Assembly (NCBI GenBank): GCA_021324885.1
Contig: JAJPIF010000028.1
Coordinates: 35,798-99,797, forward strand
Reading direction: 5' to 3'
Length of the DNA: 64,000 nt
Origin: Pseudomonadota bacterium
Lineage (GTDB): Bacteria; Desulfobacterota; Binatia; Binatales; Binataceae
The notes under the pieces were generated by a model, which saw only the letters and a program-made list of their open reading frames with translations, was not told the DNA's origin and did not search any database. The number at the start of each line of letters is the position of its first letter. Within the stretch, counting starts at the first letter, position 1. A program made the translations under genes and the position numbers. Shown here in pieces: positions 39,492 to 48,949 of this stretch.

Positions 39492-40517
39492 ATGCCATTG
39501 GTAGTTCCGCCCGAAGGCTTCAAAACTCCGCCCTCCATCGAGCAACCAAACATTTTTCCGATGGAATGGCGGATCGGCAAGGCGTCGAAACTGGCCGAGA
39601 TTTACGAGCGGGCCAAGGTGGAAGGCTTCAATCCTTCCGACTTGCCCTGGTCAGCTCTTGACCCTTCAGCCTGGACCGCGGAGGAACGCGTCTCGCTGAT
39701 GTACTGGTGGGCGCTGCTGGCCAACTTCGATTCCTCAGGACCGCCGGTGTTCGCGCGGGCCATGATCCAGGCCTTTGAAGCACATGAGGAAGACCCGGTA
39801 CGCAAGTGTTTTTTCTCCATCACGCGCGATGAGGTGAATCACGAGGAATGCTGCCAGCGGGCCATTCAGCGGCTTATTCCCGGCGGTCCGCTGGATTTCC
39901 AACCGCGCACCACCCTGGAACGGGCGGCACACAATAATATCGAATGGCTCTATCACAATGGCGCGCGCTATTGGCGCGGATTCTGTCAGGCGGTCAATCG
40001 CTATCCGCTCGCGGTGCTCTTCACTTCCTTCATGATGGGTGAGGTGGCGTCATCCAGTCTGTTTCATGGGATGGCGGCAAAAGCGTCGCATCCGCTGTTT
40101 CGCGAAGCCTTTCGCCGGGTCGGCCGCGACGAAGCGCGCCATCTGCAAATCTGCATGGCGCTGCTGGAGAAGGACTGGCCCGGCTTAAGCGAGGATCTCA
40201 AGCCGCTGGTGACCCGGCAATTGCGCGCTGGCTTCATTTTCTTATCGATGGTGTTGTGGGAGCCCAGGGCTGGCCAGTTCTGGGAACTGCCGGAATACTT
40301 CCTGGATAACCATCGCGTTCTGATCGATATTGCGCGCAACGCAGGGCTCGGCGTGCTTTCCTATGATGAACAGGCGGCGAATTGGCGCCTGGCGATGGCG
40401 CGGGTGGCCAAGCTGGTCGGCCGCTGGGGAATCGAGTTTCCGGCAATTCCGGAACTGGACATCAGGGGCGTCGAGGTTGGCGAAATCAGCGCCGCCGACA
40501 TTGTCCCGGTGTTCTGA
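39492..40517 (+). CDS. Ferritin-like di-iron carboxylate protein
   Basis: Two DExxH motifs (RDEVNH, RDEARH) with preceding D (ANFD) and E (MMGE); IYERAK..FNPSDLPW. Confidence 0.8.
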   Translation: MPLVVPPEGFKTPPSIEQPNIFPMEWRIGKASKLAEIYERAKVEGFNPSDLPWSALDPSAWTAEERVSLMYWWALLANFDSSGPPVFARAMIQAFEAHEEDPVRKCFFSITRDEVNHEECCQRAIQRLIPGGPLDFQPRTTLERAAHNNIEWLYHNGARYWRGFCQAVNRYPLAVLFTSFMMGEVASSSLFHGMAAKASHPLFREAFRRVGRDEARHLQICMALLEKDWPGLSEDLKPLVTRQLRAGFIFLSMVLWEPRAGQFWELPEYFLDNHRVLIDIARNAGLGVLSYDEQAANWRLAMARVAKLVGRWGIEFPAIPELDIRGVEVGEISAADIVPVF

Positions 40518-40582
40518 GCTGAAGTCACCCGTTCGCGCCGATCCTCCTATCGCGCCAGCCCGCCGAGGGATCGGGTCCGGAA

Positions 40583-41338
40583 TCAAGCACCCTGAAGCCG
40601 GGTGCGGTAGTACTGGCGCATCGAGCGTAGTGCGCGTCCCTGATGGTGGCGGATTTCATCGTCCGGGTAGCGATGTTGCGGACCGACGACACAGCGCAGC
40701 CGCGAATAGCATCCGTCCGTGCAATCCGGCGCGGCCTCGACCCGATGCTTGAGGCATTTCATAACATCCCAGCCGCTATCGCTGATGGCCCCGACCGGAC
40801 AGGCCGGGATGCAACTGCGCGGGATACATCCGGGGCATGGATCGAAACCGAGCGCGTCTCCCGGTTGATCAAGCATTTGGTCCATCAGCAAGGCGGCGCG
40901 CAAGGCGATCCAGGGTCCGTAGATGGGATGGATGAGTACGCCTAACAGGCTCGGCCCGCCAATTCCAGCGAGCCTACCCAACTCCATGAAGTGCAAGGTT
41001 TGCCCGGAATTCACGAATGGATAGACGACGGCGAATCGCCAGCCGTGCGCGCTCAGCGGCAGCACTATCTCGCGCTCGACCACATCGCGGGTAAAGTCGT
41101 CCAGCGGATCGTGACGACGCTCCCATTGGGGATCGGCTTGCAACCGGCGGCGGTAGACGTTCCAGAAATAACCGCCGCCGTTGCCGATTACGATGATGGA
41201 CCGCGCGTTCGCATCTATCGCGTGCGTTTGGAGATGGGGAGGGACGGCGCCATTGTAGCGATCGGTCGGTATCGCGCCCACCAAATTGAGACCAAAAGGC
41301 GCGCCCCGTTCCTTGACCAGATCAATTATCCCGTTCAC
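40583..41338 (-). CDS. Cys-rich Fe-S protein, CblC(MMACHC)/QueG-like
   Basis: DPLDDF, IHPIYGPWIALRA, CPGC-x4-CIPACPVGA, further C..C...C....C cluster. Confidence 0.7.
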   Translation of the reverse strand: MNGIIDLVKERGAPFGLNLVGAIPTDRYNGAVPPHLQTHAIDANARSIIVIGNGGGYFWNVYRRRLQADPQWERRHDPLDDFTRDVVEREIVLPLSAHGWRFAVVYPFVNSGQTLHFMELGRLAGIGGPSLLGVLIHPIYGPWIALRAALLMDQMLDQPGDALGFDPCPGCIPRSCIPACPVGAISDSGWDVMKCLKHRVEAAPDCTDGCYSRLRCVVGPQHRYPDDEIRHHQGRALRSMRQYYRTRLQGA

Positions 41339-41368
41339 TGCAGTAATCGGTGATCAATCGGAGTGACG

Positions 41369-41770
41369 CTATCCGATTCTGAAGATGACCAGGGAATCAG
41401 CGACGGTCTGGCCGGATTCGTCCATCACCTCGACGCTGAGGCTGGCGACGCGGCGGCCGCGCTTGCGCACCCGCGCGGTCGCGATCAAATCAGACGATAC
41501 GCCGGCGTTAAGATAATTGATCGTCATCGATATCGTCGCGCTCTGCTGCATTTTCGCGTCGGTCCAGACGGCGGTCACCGCAGCGGTATCGATCAACGAT
41601 GCGATGGCGCCGCCATGGATCGGCGCGCGCGGACCGCCCTCGTTGAGCAGGTCGAGCCGAAAGGGCATCCGCACGCGCGCCTGGTCCTTCGCGGCGCTTT
41701 CGACTTTCAATCCCAGGAGGGTGGAAAAGGGCGCCCGCTCGATCGAACGTGGATCGAAGATATCAGCCAT
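41369..41770 (-). CDS. PaaI family thioesterase (hotdog fold)
   Basis: N...IHGGAIASLID, TISMTINYL. Confidence 0.9.
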   Translation of the reverse strand: MADIFDPRSIERAPFSTLLGLKVESAAKDQARVRMPFRLDLLNEGGPRAPIHGGAIASLIDTAAVTAVWTDAKMQQSATISMTINYLNAGVSSDLIATARVRKRGRRVASLSVEVMDESGQTVADSLVIFRIG

Positions 41771-41778
41771 GCCTTATT

Positions 41779-42879
41779 TTAATTCGGCATCAGGACCGTG
41801 CGCACGACCTCGCCTTTTTCCATCGCGCGAAATGCGTTGTCGAGATCTTCGAGTTTGCCATGCCGGCTCACCATGTCGTCGAGATTGAGCAGGCCGCGCC
41901 GGTAAAGGTTTACGATATAGCGCTGGTCGAGCGCTCCCACGGAATAGATCAGATGATGGCCCTGGACGCGGCGCTCGCCGCTGATCACGAAATACGCGTT
42001 GACCTTGAGGTTGTCGGCGTCAGGGGTCACGCCGATCAGCGTCGCGACGCCGCGCGGCATCAGGCAGAGGATCGCCTGCTCAATGGTTTTGACGTTGCCC
42101 AGCGCTTCGAACGAGTACTCGACGCCGTCGCCGCCCGTGAGTTCCTTGATTGCCGCGACCGGATCGGTTTTGGCGGCGTTGACAGTATGGGTGGCGCCGA
42201 ATTTTTTGGCCGACTCCAGCTTGCTGTCGACGATATCCACCGCGATTATCTGGTCGGCGCCCGCGATGCGCGCGCCCTGGATCGCGGAGGAGCCGACGCC
42301 GCCCGCGCCGATTACCGCCACGCTCGCTCCGGGAGGCACTTTGGCCGTGCGCAGCACCGCGCCCAGCCCGGTAGTTACGCCGCATCCGATCAGCGCCATC
42401 CGATCCATCGGCAGGTCGCTGTCGATCTTCACCAGGCTCAGTTCATCGGTCAGCGTCATCTGGGCGAAACCAACCGCAGTGCCGCCGATACCGGCGATGC
42501 GTTTGCCGTTCCAGGTAAGAGCTGGTTTGTCGTCGGGCCCGCGGTTGGAGACGAACTTGTTAAGGCACATGAAGGCGCGCCCGGCGCGGCAATTCCTGCA
42601 GCGCCCGCAAAAGCGAAGTCCTCCGCCGGCTATAACATGGTCGCCCGGTTTGACGGTGGTGACGTTCGGCCCGACCTCCTCGACGATTCCGGCGACCTCA
42701 TGCCCGAGAATCATGGGCGGCGCAAAAACGGCGCGATGCCCCGACCAGATCACGTGATCGCTGTGACAGACTCCGCTGGCCATTATCTTGACCAGGACTT
42801 CCGATCCTTTCGGATGGTCGATCTCGACGTCTTCAATCGTGTGAGGCTTCAACGGAGCATGGTAAACGGCCGCTTTCAT
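41779..42879 (-). CDS. Zn-dependent alcohol dehydrogenase
   Basis: GVCHSD, GHE, CGRCRNC, GCGVTTG, GAGGVG. Confidence 0.93.
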   Translation of the reverse strand: MKAAVYHAPLKPHTIEDVEIDHPKGSEVLVKIMASGVCHSDHVIWSGHRAVFAPPMILGHEVAGIVEEVGPNVTTVKPGDHVIAGGGLRFCGRCRNCRAGRAFMCLNKFVSNRGPDDKPALTWNGKRIAGIGGTAVGFAQMTLTDELSLVKIDSDLPMDRMALIGCGVTTGLGAVLRTAKVPPGASVAVIGAGGVGSSAIQGARIAGADQIIAVDIVDSKLESAKKFGATHTVNAAKTDPVAAIKELTGGDGVEYSFEALGNVKTIEQAILCLMPRGVATLIGVTPDADNLKVNAYFVISGERRVQGHHLIYSVGALDQRYIVNLYRRGLLNLDDMVSRHGKLEDLDNAFRAMEKGEVVRTVLMPN

Positions 42880-42969
42880 CGCGCTTTCCTCCTCGCCGGT
42901 TCGCTACGAACAATTTTCATACCGCAGTTCAGATGCGCGGTCTATCGCGTACGCGGCGGCGGCGCGCTT

Positions 42970-43554
42970 TCAGTGGCGGTGGAGCAGATGGAGCGCGATC
43001 AGGAGCGCGACGGCGGCGCCATAACCAAGCGCTGCATTGTATTCATGATTGGCCAGGTACTGGCTCCAGGAAAACCGCTGGGGGCCCGGACGATCCGATT
43101 GGCGTAAAGCAGGAAGCAGACGCGGTACCTTGTTCATATACTCGCGATAGCGGTCGCCGAACACGCTGAGCATGAACGCTTCCTCATCGCGCATCAGCGG
43201 CAGATAAACGGCAAAGCAAAGCGCCATGATCGCGCAAAAGATCAGCACCCGGCCGCTGGCGAGACCAAAGCCCGCCGCGATCGTCAAATTGCCGAAGTAC
43301 AGCGGATGGCGCGACCGGGCGTAGGGACCGTCCTGCGCCATTTCAGTGTTTTTGCGGATAGTTCCTGCGGCCCACGCCCGCCATCCCATGCCCAGCGCGG
43401 CCCAGGCCGAACCCAGGATGATCGAGACAACGGTGGGACGGGCGAAGGCAAAACCGCAAATAGCAACTATCCACGAAAGCGGCACGCGGAAGCGGAAAGC
43501 GAGATCGAGCAGCGGGCGGGTCAGGCTGTCGATTGAGGAGGTCGATACGTTCAC
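42970..43554 (-). CDS. Isoprenylcysteine carboxyl methyltransferase/PEMT family membrane protein
   Basis: GPYARSRHPLYFG, EEAFM..FG..Y..Y..KVPR. Confidence 0.88.
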   Translation of the reverse strand: MNVSTSSIDSLTRPLLDLAFRFRVPLSWIVAICGFAFARPTVVSIILGSAWAALGMGWRAWAAGTIRKNTEMAQDGPYARSRHPLYFGNLTIAAGFGLASGRVLIFCAIMALCFAVYLPLMRDEEAFMLSVFGDRYREYMNKVPRLLPALRQSDRPGPQRFSWSQYLANHEYNAALGYGAAVALLIALHLLHRH

Positions 43555-43625
43555 GGCTTTTCAGGCTCCGGCACGGCGTTGGTACCCGCCGCGCTCGAGT
43601 GCTCGAACTGTTCGAATTCGTTATT

Positions 43626-44393
43626 TTACTTTGGCGGCATCCGCAGCGCGCCGTCCAGCCTGATCGTCTCTCCATTGAGCATCGGATTTTCCACGATGTG
43701 CCGCGCCAGCATCGCATACTCCGACGCCTTGCCGAGGCGGCGAGGGAAGGGGATGTTGGCCTTAAGCGCCTCGCGCGCCGCTTCAGTCAACGTGGCAAAC
43801 ATCGGCGTCTCGAACGTGCCAGGCGCGATCGTGCAAACCCGTACCCCGATTGACGCGAGGTCGCGCGCGATCGGCAGTGTCATCGCGACGACGCCGCCTT
43901 TGGACGCGGAATAGGCCGCCTGGCCTATTTGTCCCTCAAACGCCGCCACCGAGGCGGTATTGATTATAACCCCGCGCTCGCCGTCCTGATTGGGCTGGTT
44001 CTTTGCCATCTCAGCAGCCGCCAGACGGGTGACATTGAAAGTGCCGATCAAGTTGACTTCGATAACCTTGCTGAAACGCTTGAGCGAGGCCGGTCCCTGG
44101 CGGCCCAAGGTTCGCTCGCCGATAGCAATGCCGGCGCAGTTGATGAGGACGTGAATTGAACCGAATTTGGCAATCGCGTTCGCGATTGCTTCGCTGACCT
44201 GGGCTTCCGAGGTCACGTCGGCAGGGGTAAACATCCCGTCGCGCTCCAGCGTCTTTAGTACGTCGGGAGCCGGCGATGAGGGCAAATCAATGAGTACTGC
44301 GCGGGCGCCATGGCGGGAAAATTCCTGGGCGCTGGCGGCGCCCAGACCAGAACCTCCACCCGTGATCACCACAACCGCGTCCTTTACATCCAT
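43626..44393 (-). CDS. 3-hydroxyacyl-CoA dehydrogenase type 2 (HSD10-like SDR)
   Basis: TGGGSGLG, NCAGI, NTASVAAFEGQIGQAAYSASKGG, NGETIRLDGALRM. Confidence 0.94.
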   Translation of the reverse strand: MDVKDAVVVITGGGSGLGAASAQEFSRHGARAVLIDLPSSPAPDVLKTLERDGMFTPADVTSEAQVSEAIANAIAKFGSIHVLINCAGIAIGERTLGRQGPASLKRFSKVIEVNLIGTFNVTRLAAAEMAKNQPNQDGERGVIINTASVAAFEGQIGQAAYSASKGGVVAMTLPIARDLASIGVRVCTIAPGTFETPMFATLTEAAREALKANIPFPRRLGKASEYAMLARHIVENPMLNGETIRLDGALRMPPK

Positions 44394-44734
44394 CGTGCGA
44401 TCTCCTTGCGTGCCGCACTTTCCGCCCTGCGGCCCTTGCAGATTTCAGAGTCGATGAACTCATACGATTATAGCGCACGCCAATCAACTATTGCGGGCAA
44501 GCATTGCCAGTGCGCACATTCAGTCGGGCAGGCACCAAGGTGGCCGGGTTTGGCCCGGATATTCGCGCCACGTTAAGCGTCGCATTGATATTTTCGCGTA
44601 GAGGGCGCAAACTTATGGGGCAACAGTCGCAGTTCCTTAAACGTCCGCCCGCGATCGGCCCGAGCGTCGGTCATGGCGCACTTTAGCCTTGGTCTGAACG
44701 AAAAGGCTCCCTTAGGCGGAGTGGATTTGATTTT

Positions 44735-46102
44735 ATGGCTGAGAGGCGAATTCTAATAGCAGAAGACGACCGCGCCACCCGCGAAAGCTGGTCGGAACTG
44801 CTTGTATCATGGGGCTACAAGGTCGAACTCGCCGAGGACGGCGAACAGGCTTTCGAGGCGGCGCTGGCGCGCCGCCCGCAGGTCCTTCTCGCCGACCTTA
44901 AGATGGCGCGCAAGGACGGCTTGACGCTTTTGCGCGAATTGCGCGAGGCCGGGATGGATATCGCGGCGGTCATGATCTCGGGTGAGGGCGACATTCCCGA
45001 CGCGGTTTCCGCGATCAAACTGGGCGCCTATGAATACCTGCGCAAACCGATCGACCCGGCCCATCTTAAGGCATTGCTCGCCAATATCATCGACCATTTG
45101 AGCGTGCGCGAGGAAAACGACCGTCTGCGCCGCCGTTTGTTGGGCGAAGGTGAATTAGGTCCGATGCTGGGCCGGTCGCTGGCTATGCGCCGGGTGCTGA
45201 CCCTGATTGACCAGATCGCCCCTACCGACGCTTGCGCGATTATCACCGGCGAAAGCGGAACCGGAAAGGAGATGGTGGCCAAGACGATCCATGCGCTTTC
45301 CAAGCGCAGCCAGGGTCCGTATATCGCCGTCAATTGCGCAGCGATTCCCGAAACCCTGATGGAAAGCGAGTTGTTTGGCCATGAGCGCGGCGCTTTCACC
45401 GGCGCGGACCGCCGCCGCGAGGGCTATTTCGAGTTGGCTGACGGGGGAACGCTGCTGCTCGACGAAATCAGCGAGATGCGGGTCGATTTGCAGGCCAAGC
45501 TGCTGCGGGTGCTGGAGGAGCGCAAGCTGCGGCGCGTGGGCGGAAGCACTGAACTGCCGCTTAACGTGCGGGTGCTGGCGGCTTCCAACCGGCCACTGGA
45601 TCGCGCGATTCGCGAGGGCAGGTTGCGCGAAGACCTCTACTACCGCCTCAATGTTTTTTCCATCGAACTGCCGCCGCTGCGCGAGCGTCCCGAGGATATC
45701 CCGTTGCTGGTTGACGCCTTTATCCGCCAGTTTGCCCAACAGACCGGCAAACCAATTCAGGCCGCCGATCATGATTCGCTCCAGGCGCTGAAGTCCCATC
45801 CATGGCCCGGCAATGTGCGCCAGCTGCGAAATGTGATCGAACGGGCGGTGATTGTCGGCCGTCCGCCGCTGCTCACTCTGGGCGACCTGCCGTCGGAAAT
45901 CAAACCCGGGCAGGGCGACGGCACGATGCAGATTCGGCTGGGTTCCACGATGGACGACGTCGAACGGGAACTGATCATCAAAACCATCGAATTCACCGGA
46001 GGCAACAAGACACGCGCAGCCGAAGTGTTAGGAGTGAGTCTCAAGACCCTGTACAATCGGCTGGAACGGTATGAACGAAAGGAACCGGCCGAAGCCGAAT
46101 AA
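44735..46102 (+). CDS. Sigma-54-dependent response regulator (NtrC family)
   Basis: REC domain (ED, DLKM, KP), GESGTGKE, GAFTGA, WPGNVRQL, Fis HTH. Confidence 0.96.
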   Translation: MAERRILIAEDDRATRESWSELLVSWGYKVELAEDGEQAFEAALARRPQVLLADLKMARKDGLTLLRELREAGMDIAAVMISGEGDIPDAVSAIKLGAYEYLRKPIDPAHLKALLANIIDHLSVREENDRLRRRLLGEGELGPMLGRSLAMRRVLTLIDQIAPTDACAIITGESGTGKEMVAKTIHALSKRSQGPYIAVNCAAIPETLMESELFGHERGAFTGADRRREGYFELADGGTLLLDEISEMRVDLQAKLLRVLEERKLRRVGGSTELPLNVRVLAASNRPLDRAIREGRLREDLYYRLNVFSIELPPLRERPEDIPLLVDAFIRQFAQQTGKPIQAADHDSLQALKSHPWPGNVRQLRNVIERAVIVGRPPLLTLGDLPSEIKPGQGDGTMQIRLGSTMDDVERELIIKTIEFTGGNKTRAAEVLGVSLKTLYNRLERYERKEPAEAE

Positions 46103-46117
46103 AAGGCTTGGAGGCGC

Positions 46118-47956
46118 TTGAGCGTGGGGCTGCGCGCCAAACTGCCGATCACTTTCCTCGCCCTGCTGACTGCGTCCATCCTCGCGGTGAGCGCGATTTA
46201 TCTGAACCGGATGCTGGGGTTGATGGCGCAAGGCGTGATGAGGTCGGCGGATCGCTGCGGCAAAGAGGTTTTCGAGCAGGTGCGCCTGGCGCTGGCCAAT
46301 TCCGGTACGGCGCCGCCAGCCGAGGCGCTGCGCGATAACGCCGCGCTCCAAACCGCAATCCGCTCAGCGGTAGCTTTTAGTGCTTATGTCGTCTATTTGC
46401 GCGTCGAGGCGCTCGATGGACGCGTTTTGGTCGGATCCGACACCGTCCCCGAGCCCAAGGAAGCCGCCGATGAGCGAACAATCCTACCGATATCCGACCT
46501 CGAACGGATAACCTCCTCTGACTGGCCTTTACGGCTGCTTCCCGCCCTGTGGTCCGACCACATTTACGAGTCGAGCCGCCCGATCGAAATCAATGGCAAT
46601 CCTTTCGGATCGATCAAGGTGGGAGTCTCGACCGGCCTGATGGCCAATCAGGTCCGCCGGACGACTGAAACCGTGGGGCTGATCGCGCTGACGGCCATCA
46701 CCATAACCATGATCGCCGCCCTGGTCGTGAGTGACCTGATTCTGCGGCGCGTAGTGGTGGTTACCAGCAGCATGGAAAAACTGGCGGCGGGAAACACCGA
46801 GGTCAATCTTGAGGTCGCGGGCAGCGACGAACTAAGCAATCTGGCCGACAAATTTAACCTGCTTTCCCGAAGGATTAGGGCCGAGCGCAACCGTTGGGAA
46901 ACAGAGCGCGGTGGAATTTTCAATGCGCTGCGGTCGATTCAGGATTTGCTGCTGCTGATTGACAGCGACGGCGTCCTGTTGTTCGCCAACAGCGAAGCGC
47001 AGGAACTGCTGGGACTGCCGACCGGCGGAGTGAGCGAAGGCAAGCCACTGCGCCTGTTGTTGGGCGCCGACCATCCGCTGATGCAGTTAATCGGTCCGGC
47101 GCTGGCTGCAGGCACCGAGGTGCGTGATGTCGCCTTCGAAATTGGCGATCGATTCGATCGCCGCCGGTACCTGGTTTCAGCGCTGTCATTAGGGCAGGGA
47201 CGGGAAAGCGCCGGATTATTGGTGGTCATGCGCGATCTCGAGCAGGTGCGCGAATTGGAGACCGTCGTCGACCAATCCAGCCGTCTGGCGCGGTTAGGCA
47301 GTTTGCTGTCTGGCGTGGCCCATCAGATCCGCACTCCGCTCAATGTGATGACTTTGCAGTTGGAATTGCTGCGCCAGGATTTCGAAGCGGGTCGCGATCC
47401 CGAAGCCCGAATTGGCCGTGTCAGTCATGAAATCGCCCGCCTGGCCAAAGCTATCGACGCGCTGATGCGGTTCATGCGGCCCGAGAAGCTCAAATGCGAC
47501 GATTTGGCGGTCAACGACTTGCTGCAAGAGATCGGCAGCCAAATCGCCGCGCCCAACATTCGGGTGGAATACCGGCTTGACCGTAGCATGCCCCCGATCA
47601 AAGCCGACCGCGATCTGCTGAGCGAAGCCTTGCGCAATATGATCAATAACGCGGTTGAGGCGATGCCCGACGGGGGCGTGGTTACGCTGGCTACCACGCG
47701 GGTGGACGGCGCCAGCATTCAGATTGAAATCAAAGATACGGGTAGGGGAATCCACCCGGAAAACCTCGAAAAAATCTACAATCTGTATTTTACCACCAAG
47801 GAGGGTGGCTCAGGGTTGGGCCTTTCCCTGGCTTTGCGGGCGATTGACCTTCACGGCGGTTCGGTCCAGGTTAACTCCAGCATCGGTGCCGGAACGACGT
47901 TCAAGATCCAGCTCCCGACCGCTAACGGAGCCGCTTTTGCTTCGGCTGTCGCCTGA
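46118..47956 (+). CDS. Membrane sensor histidine kinase (HAMP, PAS)
   Basis: Two TM segments, HAMP, AHQIRTPL H-box, NMINNAVEAM, DTGRGI, FTTK, GSGLGL; start TTG 46118 or GTG 46124. Confidence 0.94.
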   Translation: MSVGLRAKLPITFLALLTASILAVSAIYLNRMLGLMAQGVMRSADRCGKEVFEQVRLALANSGTAPPAEALRDNAALQTAIRSAVAFSAYVVYLRVEALDGRVLVGSDTVPEPKEAADERTILPISDLERITSSDWPLRLLPALWSDHIYESSRPIEINGNPFGSIKVGVSTGLMANQVRRTTETVGLIALTAITITMIAALVVSDLILRRVVVVTSSMEKLAAGNTEVNLEVAGSDELSNLADKFNLLSRRIRAERNRWETERGGIFNALRSIQDLLLLIDSDGVLLFANSEAQELLGLPTGGVSEGKPLRLLLGADHPLMQLIGPALAAGTEVRDVAFEIGDRFDRRRYLVSALSLGQGRESAGLLVVMRDLEQVRELETVVDQSSRLARLGSLLSGVAHQIRTPLNVMTLQLELLRQDFEAGRDPEARIGRVSHEIARLAKAIDALMRFMRPEKLKCDDLAVNDLLQEIGSQIAAPNIRVEYRLDRSMPPIKADRDLLSEALRNMINNAVEAMPDGGVVTLATTRVDGASIQIEIKDTGRGIHPENLEKIYNLYFTTKEGGSGLGLSLALRAIDLHGGSVQVNSSIGAGTTFKIQLPTANGAAFASAVA

Positions 47957-47986
47957 CCTGGGGTTTTTCTGGCGAAGGCTATCCTC

Positions 47987-48469
47987 TTAGGATACCGCCA
48001 ATGGCGCTGCTGCAGCGCGGCGGCGCGCCACGCCAGCTTTGGCCGGTGTCATGCCGCGGCGCGGCTTCCCGCGCCATACGCGAATGTCGCGCAATGCTGG
48101 CTCACCCGGTTCGCGTCGCTTTTCCAGCGCCGCAATCAGCGCGTCAGGATCGATTCCAAGGATCTCGGCAAGATTGCGGAAGGCAAAGATTCCGCTGCGC
48201 GTGCGCGAATGCATCCAAAGTCTGACCTCTTCAAACAGCAACCGCCCTTTGCGGCCTTTCGCGTTGCGATACTTGTAATAGCATGCGACAGCGTCGGCCA
48301 GTACGGCAAACGCCAGTCGGTATTCGCCGTCCTGCCATTGTTTGCGCCCGACGATGTCATAGTATTGACCCGGCAAAACCAGATCCCCCCGGAAGGTCGC
48401 TGGCAGCGAAGCCTCCAACCGAGCACCCACCTCAAAGGACGGCTCGACGCGATTTTCTACGGTTGCCAT
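47987..48469 (-). CDS. Conserved-looking hypothetical protein (helical, basic tail)
   Basis: GGAGGA RBS before ATG 48469; LPGQYY...RLAFAVLADAVACY...FAFRNLAEILGIDP. Confidence 0.75.
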   Translation of the reverse strand: MATVENRVEPSFEVGARLEASLPATFRGDLVLPGQYYDIVGRKQWQDGEYRLAFAVLADAVACYYKYRNAKGRKGRLLFEEVRLWMHSRTRSGIFAFRNLAEILGIDPDALIAALEKRREPGEPALRDIRVWRGKPRRGMTPAKAGVARRRAAAAPLAVS

Positions 48470-48592
48470 ACATTCCTCCAGTTTTTCGGCGTTTTGGCCT
48501 TCAAGGGCTTTCCCGTTTCGCCTGCCAGCGGAGCAAGGCGGTGTATGCTGATTTTGCAGAAAATTGCTTAGCATGCGGCATTCTTTGCTCTG

Positions 48593-48608
48593 TGCAATTA
48601 TCGCGCCG
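48593..48608 (-). promoter_or_regulatory. Sigma-54 (-24/-12) promoter
   Basis: Minus strand CGGCGCGATAATTGCA = GG-N10-GC with TTGCA, facing the 48469 gene. Confidence 0.7.
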
Positions 48609-48671
48609 CCGAAAAAGGTCTTTAATTTACGGACAAAAGTCCTGAGGAAGTGATTGAAGGTTCCTGAAAAA

Positions 48672-48684
48672 TGTAAAGATTACA
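48672..48684. promoter_or_regulatory. Palindromic putative enhancer (UAS)
   Basis: TGTAA-AGA-TTACA about 65 bp upstream of the -24 box. Confidence 0.5.
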
Positions 48685-48847
48685 GACAGGCGCAAGGCCG
48701 CCGCCACAGGGGTTAAATCGATGGTTTAGGCAATTAAATCAAAGGAAATTCCACAATCGCAGAATCTTGTCGTCTGCGCATGCAATTTTTACCGGCACAC
48801 TGGCAGGAAAGCCGTTGACGGTGTCAAAATTGCTTGCAAAAGCTTCC

Positions 48848-48940
48848 GGTTGAGACCAGCCAGGCAGGACGGTCGAACCGTTGGGCTGCCAAGCCTACGC
48901 GTGGTGGCGTTGCCTGCGGGATTGACGGGCGTGCGCAACC
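48848..48940 (+). ncRNA. Candidate structured RNA (four-way junction)
   Basis: CAGGCA/TGCCTG closes three adjacent hairpins; outer stem GGTTG/CAACC; no family recognised. Confidence 0.4.
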
Positions 48941-48949
48941 CTGAGTTGT

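Noticed and set aside
48861-48916. Canonical tRNA or tRNA-Sec
   Set aside because: Loops are 3-6 nt, there is no 7-nt anticodon or T loop and no CCA; kept as an unknown ncRNA candidate
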